Virus record (IMG/VR): IMGVR_UViG_3300033068_001920
Coordinates: 14,929-78,928 of that record
Length of the DNA: 64,000 nucleotides
Source: a virus
Taxonomy: Duplodnaviria; Caudoviricetes
Reading direction: 5' to 3' (one strand)
Shown: one piece after another, positions 58,093 through 64,000 of the stretch
Position numbering within the stretch: position 1 is the first letter of the stretch
Layout of the letters: each line of letters opens with the position of its first letter
Notes under the pieces: model-generated
Seen by the model: the letters and a program-made list of their open reading frames with translations, nothing else
Told to the model about the DNA's origin: nothing
Database searches by the model: none
Made by a program: the position numbers and the translations under genes

Positions 58093-60132
58093 TTACGCGG
58101 CGAGCGGTTCCTTGCTCCCCAGCATCTTGAGCGCGGCGCGGAACGATTCCGCGGCATTTTCTTCCAGTTCGGCCTGAGCGATGTTGCCCTCGGCCAGGTT
58201 GATCGGGTAGTTCGTTTCCACGGTGTCCAGCGCGTTCTCGAGCGTTGCGCGCGCATGCGACAGATCGGCGTCGTCCAGCGTGTCGCCGGCGGCGAGGCGC
58301 GCGGCGATCGCTTGAGCTTCGACCACGCCGACATCATCGAAGCTGTTGCACGGGACATCGACAGCGTCCAGTACGGACGCGGCCTTCGCATCCAATTCAG
58401 CGCTTGACGCGGAATCGTACGCTCCCTTGGCCATGTGAAACTTCATGTCGTCGGACCATTCGTTGCGACCATTATTCGTTGGGTCGTGAAGAACACCTGT
58501 TGCGACCATTGTCTCCAGCACCATCTTGGCCTTCTTTTTATTGAACCCGGCTTCCTTTGCGAACGATGCGACGGTATGGGGCTTTTCGCGGAGTATCGCT
58601 CTGGCAGCCTTTACCATCTCGACCCCGCTTTTCGGGATTCCGCTTTTCAGGATCTCTTTTTTCGCTGCTGCGGAGTTCAACTTGCCGCCAGCGCCCCCGA
58701 TCACATTGCCGCCGCGGATCAGCAACTTGCTGCCGTTCTCGGTGGATGCCCAGCGGTCGGTCTTCGGATCGAACGGCGCCCCGGCCGAGTCCAGTGCCGC
58801 GGCGACCTCCTTGCCCTTGTCGGTGAGCCAGTTCATGCCGTCGCCGCGCTCCACGAAGCCGCGCTCTACCAGCGTATCCCGCGAGTCCTTTGCGGGGATG
58901 TCCCCATCCTCCAACTTTCCGCGCTTGGCGAAGGCGACCAGGTTGTCCCACTCGCCGCCGTCGAATGTCTCGCCGGCGGCTTCGTGCGTCGAATCCAGCA
59001 CCGAGGCATTCTCGCGGATCTCGCCGGCATAGGCCTTGACCGAGTCCAGCGCGCCGGCCGCCGGCCGCACCAGGGCCGAATCGACATCCGGGATCACCGC
59101 ATGCGCGCGTACGCCGCCCGTGGCGTCCAGCGCGATCGGTAGCGCCACGTCATAGTTCACCTTGCCGGCACGGAAGCTGGCGCGCACGACGCGGCCGCGC
59201 AAGGGCATCTCGCCGCCGTCGCCGCTCGACAACATCAGGTCCACCTCGGCGGACAACTGGTGCGCCGAAGGCAGCGCGCTCGCGGCGCGGTCCATCACGG
59301 TGGCATCGTCCACGACGCGGAAGCCGAGCCACGATGTCGGCCAGGCCTCGGGCGGCTGGGCGAACAGTTCGCCGGCGGAATCCAGCATGCTATCCGTCAG
59401 GTCCAGGTTCCCCCACAGAATATTGCCGTCCACATCGATACCGTGTGAGCGCTCCACCCAATGCAGATTCTTTTTGGTCTCGTGCTCTTTGTCCAGCAAC
59501 TTCCGGCCGGCTCCGCGGTTTGCCCATGCGTCGTACTTGTTCTTCGCGGCCGTCAGGCTTTCGCCAAGAAATGCGGGGTCGGAGTTATCCTTGAATCGCA
59601 CGTAAAAGCCAGGCTTGTTGCCGCTGGCTGCCGAATCCATCACCGGCTCGCCGAGCTCTGCGCGCAATTCGGCAACCCGGGCCTTCGCCGCGGCGATCTC
59701 GGCGTCCAGCGTGGACTCTGCCTCCTGCAGGCGCTGCTCCATTTTCGGCGCTGCGGTGGTGATGCCCTTCGGCAGCGCGACCTTGGTGCGCGCCATCTTG
59801 GCCTGGAACTTGGCCCGGCCGGCGTCCAGCGCCTTGGCGATCTCGCCGACTGCCTTGATCTGGTTGTCTTGGTTCTTGATCGCCAGCGCGGCGCCGTTGA
59901 CCCGGACTTCGAAGATGTCGCCGGTGGTCTTGACCCCCAGCAGCACCTTCTGGTTGTCGGTGAAGGTGATCAGCACCTGGCGGTAGTTCACGCCGGAGGT
60001 GCGCCGCGTCTTCGGATCGATGTCGCTTGACGCCACGGTTGCGCCGGCGCGAGTGAAGGCCTGGACCAGCCGCTTCACGGCCGCGGAGCCTGCCTTGAGG
60101 TCGTCGAATGAGATCAGGAAATCGGTGGCCAT
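58093..60132 (-). CDS. Hdf/DarA-C-like head protein with multi-module extension (679 aa)
   Basis: N-terminal ~160 aa with RRTSGVNYRQV..TF.DNQKV...VK.TGDIFEVRVNG resembles P1 Hdf/DarA-C. Confidence 0.7.
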   Translation of the reverse strand: MATDFLISFDDLKAGSAAVKRLVQAFTRAGATVASSDIDPKTRRTSGVNYRQVLITFTDNQKVLLGVKTTGDIFEVRVNGAALAIKNQDNQIKAVGEIAKALDAGRAKFQAKMARTKVALPKGITTAAPKMEQRLQEAESTLDAEIAAAKARVAELRAELGEPVMDSAASGNKPGFYVRFKDNSDPAFLGESLTAAKNKYDAWANRGAGRKLLDKEHETKKNLHWVERSHGIDVDGNILWGNLDLTDSMLDSAGELFAQPPEAWPTSWLGFRVVDDATVMDRAASALPSAHQLSAEVDLMLSSGDGGEMPLRGRVVRASFRAGKVNYDVALPIALDATGGVRAHAVIPDVDSALVRPAAGALDSVKAYAGEIRENASVLDSTHEAAGETFDGGEWDNLVAFAKRGKLEDGDIPAKDSRDTLVERGFVERGDGMNWLTDKGKEVAAALDSAGAPFDPKTDRWASTENGSKLLIRGGNVIGGAGGKLNSAAAKKEILKSGIPKSGVEMVKAARAILREKPHTVASFAKEAGFNKKKAKMVLETMVATGVLHDPTNNGRNEWSDDMKFHMAKGAYDSASSAELDAKAASVLDAVDVPCNSFDDVGVVEAQAIAARLAAGDTLDDADLSHARATLENALDTVETNYPINLAEGNIAQAELEENAAESFRAALKMLGSKEPLAA

Positions 60133-60166
60133 CGGCGTTGTCCGGAATGTGGGCGTCTAGTCCATG

Positions 60167-60209
60167 ATTCTGGGACCAGATCGCCCGGCCGGCGGCCATT
60201 GTTTCCGAT
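60167..60209 (-). promoter_or_regulatory. Candidate late promoter ATCGGAAA-N29-CAGAAT
   Basis: Shared architecture; sits directly beside the IS left end. Confidence 0.5.
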
Positions 60210-60277
60210 CTGGGTAGTGTCTCAGTTTGAAATCCCCAGTCCTTGAGCAGTCAGCCGGGCCGGGGGACAATCGGGCC

Positions 60278-60508
60278 ATGACGACCCCTAAGCGCCCGAG
60301 AGACGCGAACCAGCTAGCAAAGCTGGTTTTGGACATTGCGACTGGCGAAGAGCCGGAGGCGATGCCTGAGGAGGCTGAGCCGAAGTTGGAGGCAGCGGTG
60401 GCCCGGGGCAGGAAGGGTGGCAAGGCCCGGGCAAAGGCGTTGACTGAGGAAGAGCGGGCCGAGATTGCCCGGAAGGCCGCTGAGGCGCGCTGGGGCAAGA
60501 AGGGCTGA
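60278..60508 (+). CDS. Small basic protein typical of IS1/IS1595-type elements
   Basis: KRPRDANQLAK...GRKGGKARA..LT.EER.EIARKAA.ARW; promoter TTGAGC-N17-GACAAT, leaderless. Confidence 0.8.
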   Translation: MTTPKRPRDANQLAKLVLDIATGEEPEAMPEEAEPKLEAAVARGRKGGKARAKALTEEERAEIARKAAEARWGKKG

Positions 60509-60577
60509 CTAGCCCGCTTGCTTTCACTTGGCGGCTTTGCCATTGTCCGACGATACAAAGGACTGTCGGGAAATGGC

Positions 60578-60802
60578 GTGCCCAAGAAGAGCAGGATTCA
60601 TTCCGTCATCTGCGGGAACCTTGATTGCCGCAGGTCTCTTGAGGTGAGCAAGTACAGCAGTCAGCCGCCTTCAGACGACTTCCCGCAAGAGCAAATGCAC
60701 GAAGTGGCCTATCCGGATGCTTCCGGAATTAGGGTGCAGTGTCCGACGTGCTCGCATTACACCCTGTATCTGCGACCGTCTGAGATGCGGAGCAAGAACT
60801 AG
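60578..60802 (+). CDS. Small Zn-finger protein, copy 1
   Basis: CGNLDC and CPTC; paralog of 62296-62544. Confidence 0.7.
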   Translation: MPKKSRIHSVICGNLDCRRSLEVSKYSSQPPSDDFPQEQMHEVAYPDASGIRVQCPTCSHYTLYLRPSEMRSKN

Positions 60803-61043
60803 CGCCGCACGGGTAGGGCTTCCCCTGCTTTTCCCGCCAGTCAGGATCGAACCTGAAAACGAGCATCCAATACGCTCTGGCGATCTCAGCGTATTCCCTG
60901 CTGTTGCGGTCGATGGGGAAGCAGCGGCACCGGAAGGCGTATTCGATTGCTTTGAAGATCCCCGGATTGACCATCAGTTCTTCCACACCATCCGCAACTT
61001 CGATGTTCTGGATTTGGTAGCCCTGTTCACCAGTGGTTTCCAT
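60729..61043 (-). CDS. Hypothetical RAYW-motif protein, copy 1
   Basis: Paralog of 62105-62335. Confidence 0.7.
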   Translation of the reverse strand: METTGEQGYQIQNIEVADGVEELMVNPGIFKAIEYAFRCRCFPIDRNSREYAEIARAYWMLVFRFDPDWREKQGKPYPCGASSCSASQTVADTGCNASTSDTAP

Positions 61044-61178
61044 GTTTTTCCGCTTCTTTCCTGCTGATTCAATCGACAGAGTAGGAGCCCAGCGCTGCGC
61101 TGATTTATCCGACTTTCCGAAGCGAAAGCTAGCGCCGAATCGCAGCCCGTGAGATGACTTCTAAGCATCATGTTCACT

Positions 61179-62069
61179 ATGAACCGGATGCCTCTCGCCA
61201 AGCGTGCCCAGATCCTCGGATTCCTCGTCGAAGGCATGAGCCTGCGTTCGGCGTCCCGGCTGGCGGACTGTTCGATCAATACCGTGACCAAGCTGCTGGT
61301 GGATGTTGGCGCGGCCTGCGCTGAGTTTCAGGACGGCGCGCTGCGCAACCTGCCCTGCAAGCGCATCCAGTGCGACGAAATCTGGTCGTTCGTTGGCGCG
61401 AAGCAAAAGAACGTTCCGGATGACCGCAAGGGCGAGTTCGGCATCGGCGACGTATGGACCTGGACGGCGATCGATGCCGATTCCAAATTGGTCGCCTCAT
61501 GGATGGTCGGCACGCGCGACGGCGACGCCGCCAAGGCCTTTATCGGCGATCTGGCGGATCGTCTGGCGAACCGGGTGCAACTGACCACCGACGGCCACAA
61601 GGTCTACGTACAAGCCGTGGAAGACGCATTCGGCGGCGCTGTGGACTACGCGATGCTGGTCAAGCACTACGGCGAAGGTCCGCAGTCCCCGGAACGCAAA
61701 TACAGCCCGGTCGAGTTCGTCTCTGCTGAAAAGAAGCGCATCACGGGCAAGCCGGACAAGGCCCACGTTTCGACCAGCTACGTCGAGCGCCAGAACCTCA
61801 CGATGCGGATGTCCATGCGCCGCTTCACGCGCTTGACGAACGGCTTCTCAAAGAAGGTCGAGAACCACGCCGCCGCCATCGCGCTGCACTTCATGCACTA
61901 CAACTTCGGACGCATCCACAAGACCCTTCGCGTCACACCTGCGATGGAAGCGGGCGTTTCGGATCACGTCTGGACGTTGGAAGAGATCGCGGCGCTTGTG
62001 CCGGAGCCGGTCGCAAAGAAGCGCGGGCCGTACAAGAATCGCACGCCGCGCGATTCGGAAAGCGATTGA
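61179..62069 (+). CDS. IS1-family DDE transposase
   Basis: N-terminal HTH; IQCDEIW; TTDG; TSYVERQNLTMR...RFTR.TN.FSKK. Confidence 0.92.
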   Translation: MNRMPLAKRAQILGFLVEGMSLRSASRLADCSINTVTKLLVDVGAACAEFQDGALRNLPCKRIQCDEIWSFVGAKQKNVPDDRKGEFGIGDVWTWTAIDADSKLVASWMVGTRDGDAAKAFIGDLADRLANRVQLTTDGHKVYVQAVEDAFGGAVDYAMLVKHYGEGPQSPERKYSPVEFVSAEKKRITGKPDKAHVSTSYVERQNLTMRMSMRRFTRLTNGFSKKVENHAAAIALHFMHYNFGRIHKTLRVTPAMEAGVSDHVWTLEEIAALVPEPVAKKRGPYKNRTPRDSESD

Positions 62070-62104
62070 GCGATACCTAAGAGCCGATCACCTAGAATCG
62101 GCTC

Positions 62105-62335
62105 ATGGAAAAGAAAAGCACCGAAACCGTAGATATTGAGCCAGCCCAGAACGACAAGGAGTGCTTCTTGAACCTCGGCGTTTTCATGGCGCTTGAAGCT
62201 GCTTTCAAGTCGCCTGACTCCATTTACTCACGGGAATCGCTTGAGTACAAGAACATGGTTCGAGCTTACTGGCGCCTAGCGCCCTTCGCAGAAATCTACT
62301 GGCGGTCACGCACCCATTCTTCGTCTGACGGGTGA
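62105..62335 (+). CDS. Hypothetical RAYW-motif protein, copy 2
   Basis: Ungapped alignment to copy 1. Confidence 0.7.
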   Translation: MEKKSTETVDIEPAQNDKECFLNLGVFMALEAAFKSPDSIYSRESLEYKNMVRAYWRLAPFAEIYWRSRTHSSSDG

Positions 62336-62544
62336 TAGAAGACAGTGTAGTGGTCGCACACTGTGCACTGAATGGTGTAACCGCCAAGTAGTGGGTCAGC
62401 GCGGTAGTGAATTCGTTCTTTGCTCACCGTCTCGTTTGGAGAGCCGCACAAGTATTTACCGACCTGCAGGGCGGTGGTTCGTTCGCATGTCGGCCTGTTG
62501 CCGCAGTAGACCATCTGTTCCATCGGGCGTATGCGCTTCGCCAT
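62296..62544 (-). CDS. Small Zn-finger protein, copy 2
   Basis: CGNRPTC and CTVC. Confidence 0.7.
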   Translation of the reverse strand: MAKRIRPMEQMVYCGNRPTCERTTALQVGKYLCGSPNETVSKERIHYRADPLLGGYTIQCTVCDHYTVFYHPSDEEWVRDRQ

Positions 62545-62551
62545 ATGCTGT

Positions 62552-62779
62552 TCACTCCATGAGCAGGGATGAGGGCTGGACATCAAGCGCCCTCGCGATA
62601 CGCTCGATGTTGTAGATCGTGACGTTCTTTTCGCCGCGTTCGAGCATGCCGATGTAGGTTCGGTGGACGCCAGCGGCCTCGGCTAGTTCCTCTTGGGACA
62701 GCCCGCGCTCCGCCCTCAGCCGCCGGACGTTGCCGGCGAAGACCATGACCAATCCGTTTTCCTGAGCGCCCCGAGCCAT
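62552..62779 (-). CDS. XRE-family HTH regulator (C-protein-like)
   Basis: FAGNVRRLRAERGLSQEELAEAAGVHRTYIGMLERGEKNVTIYNIERIARAL. Confidence 0.9.
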   Translation of the reverse strand: MARGAQENGLVMVFAGNVRRLRAERGLSQEELAEAAGVHRTYIGMLERGEKNVTIYNIERIARALDVQPSSLLME

Positions 62780-62860
62780 GCCCGGATGGTCTCGGTTTGA
62801 ATACTACGATTCGACATACTACGATTAGCACACGCTACAACCGTAGCAGTCAGGAAGGGC

Positions 62861-63388
62861 ATGGATATGGGACTGGCAGAAGAACTGAGCCGCCTCGCGG
62901 AACTCAAGGACAAGGGCGTACTCACCCAGAAAGAGTTCGACCGGAAGAAAAAGCAGCTATTGAACGGAGGCCGGCGGTCGTCGAAATTCGTGACCATCGT
63001 GGCCGGGTTCGTTGCCTTCATGGCAATCGCCGGCTTCGCTGCCAAAATGTTTGAAGTCGCCCCTGATATCGCCCTCCCGGGGGCTGGCTCGGCGTGCGAA
63101 ATCGCAGAGGTACAGAACTCAGTGCTGGAGTACCTCACCGTAGACAACAAGTCGCGCTACGCAGCAAAGATCCACGACCAAGTTACGGCGAAGTCGCTCG
63201 CCGATATCAGCGAAATCTACGTCAACAGCGGGACTGGTTTCACCGCTTGCGTGGCTAAGGTGGTGTATTCAGGGCATCAGAGCGATATCGGGTACACCGT
63301 CACTTGGGTTGATCGCGCCCGTGGAGAATTTGCCTTTGAGATATCCAGCATGAGCGCTGTTCTGGCGGAATACCGAGACGTGCGGTAA
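62861..63388 (+). CDS. SHOCT-domain membrane protein
   Basis: EELSRLAELKDKGVLTQKEFDRKKKQLL, then a TM segment and extracytoplasmic domain. Confidence 0.85.
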   Translation: MDMGLAEELSRLAELKDKGVLTQKEFDRKKKQLLNGGRRSSKFVTIVAGFVAFMAIAGFAAKMFEVAPDIALPGAGSACEIAEVQNSVLEYLTVDNKSRYAAKIHDQVTAKSLADISEIYVNSGTGFTACVAKVVYSGHQSDIGYTVTWVDRARGEFAFEISSMSAVLAEYRDVR

Positions 63389-63483
63389 ACGCGCTCCGCC
63401 TGTCAGGGTTGCGGCAATAGCGGTTGCTTTCGCCCCGAGGCTTTGCCACTGTCCCCTGAGACTACGGACAGTTGGGGAAGCGC

Positions 63484-63768
63484 ATGGTCAGGTGGCTACG
63501 GGAGTGGTGGGATGGCAAGGATGTCCGTGTCGATCCGGATGCAGAGGACACAACGGGCGGGATGGGCAACATCCACGAGTACCGAAACGAGAAGCACTGG
63601 ACCTCAGTGCGAGCCCATCAATTCGCCGAATGGCACGCGAGGAACTGGTCCCCACTGTGGACCCTCGCCATCGCGGCCCTTAGCCTTCTTGTGTCATTGG
63701 CCGGCTTCCTCGTCTCAGTCGCCGGGCTGCTGATCTCCTACGTTGCCCTGTCCAGAACCGGAGGCTAG
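63484..63768 (+). CDS. Hypothetical protein with C-terminal TM
   Basis: Hydrophobic C-terminus. Confidence 0.55.
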   Translation: MVRWLREWWDGKDVRVDPDAEDTTGGMGNIHEYRNEKHWTSVRAHQFAEWHARNWSPLWTLAIAALSLLVSLAGFLVSVAGLLISYVALSRTGG

Positions 63769-63894
63769 ACCGGCCTTGTAGCCGGCTTGGCGCCCCGTCT
63801 GGTACGCCAAGTCAGCCGTCGCAAGAAGAACCGCCACGAAGGAAAGCAGCACCCCGAGCAGGGCAAGAAGGAAGGCGATGATTGCGAGGGTCAC
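63715..63894 (-). CDS. Possible 59-aa hydrophobic peptide (not in ORF track)
   Basis: GTG start; VTLAIIAFLLALLGVLLSFVAVLLA; no clear RBS. Confidence 0.35.
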   Translation of the reverse strand: MTLAIIAFLLALLGVLLSFVAVLLATADLAYQTGRQAGYKAGLASGSGQGNVGDQQPGD

Positions 63895-64000
63895 GGGTCG
63901 GTCCGGCTTGGGATGGTCCTAAGCTACCCAGCCCCCTCAGCCGCCCGCCGTCCCGGTTTCCGAACCGCCCCGTTCAGGCCCCGGTTTCAAACTGAGGCAC

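Larger units (their letters stand above)
1..60210. mobile_element. Partial genome of a P1-like myovirus (prophage or phage-plasmid)
   Basis: Capsid-sheath-gp21-like-tube block, gp26/gp25-like genes, PacA/PacB-like terminase, DarA/Hdf-like proteins, Ref, RdgC, phosphatase. No host housekeeping genes are seen. Confidence 0.9.
60214..64000. mobile_element. IS1-family element with passenger genes; right end truncated by the window
   Basis: Inverted repeats GTGTCTCAGTTTGAAAT (60217-60233) and reverse complement GTGCCTCAGTTTGAAAC (63984-64000), 15/17 identical, enclosing a DDE transposase. Confidence 0.8.

Noticed and set aside
2447-60209. Late box read as a HrpX PIP box (TTCGB-N15-TTCGB-N30-32-YANNNT)
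   Set aside because: No upstream half-site was seen where checked, the spacing from TCGG is 32-33 nt, and most boxes start with A. It is similar geometry only.
388-63429. WAGC-N4-GCTW as a Xanthomonas LexA box
   Set aside because: It does not match TTAG-N6-TACTA or other LexA consensus sequences I know.
1-64000. CRISPR array, tRNA genes, reverse transcriptase/DGR, retron
   Set aside because: No regularly spaced repeats, no tRNA-like T-loop or cloverleaf, and no RT motifs were seen by eye; tRNAscan and CRISPR finders were not run.

Overview
About 60 kb of a P1-like (myovirus-type, possibly phage-plasmid) genome, followed by a ~3.8 kb IS1-family cargo element that runs to the window edge. The host is probably a Xanthomonadaceae, inferred from the Xanthomonas/Lysobacter-like SSB and RdgC and the high GC. 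Family calls are from memory of motifs; no searches were run. Layout: (1) 1-24.6 kb, minus strand: P1 gp26/gp25-like tail genes, Ref, ASCH, DUF5131, terminase pair, phosphatase, four DNA methyltransferases, lambda-like O/P replication genes with iterons, Dda-like helicase and a Cro-like gene. (2) 24.8-34.4 kb, plus strand: Bet, exonuclease, SSB, RdgC-FtsK-gamma, RNA ligase, HD hydrolase. (3) 34.4-50.2 kb, minus strand: lysis, tail tube/sheath, major capsid, DarA-like. (4) 50.3-58 kb: small accessory ORFs and two more methyltransferases. (5) A 679-aa Hdf/DarA-like protein. (6) The IS element. Best leads: an HNH-like nuclease domain inserted into a dual-frame (alpha/beta) C5 methyltransferase with both frames still open; a second dual-frame C5 MTase with an intein at its catalytic Cys; a mirror-image pair of diverged two-gene modules flanking the IS1 transposase; a recurring hydrophobic-D-S motif that suggests protease-cut virion polyproteins; and a candidate late-promoter motif, WTCGGAAA-N29/30-NANNNT.
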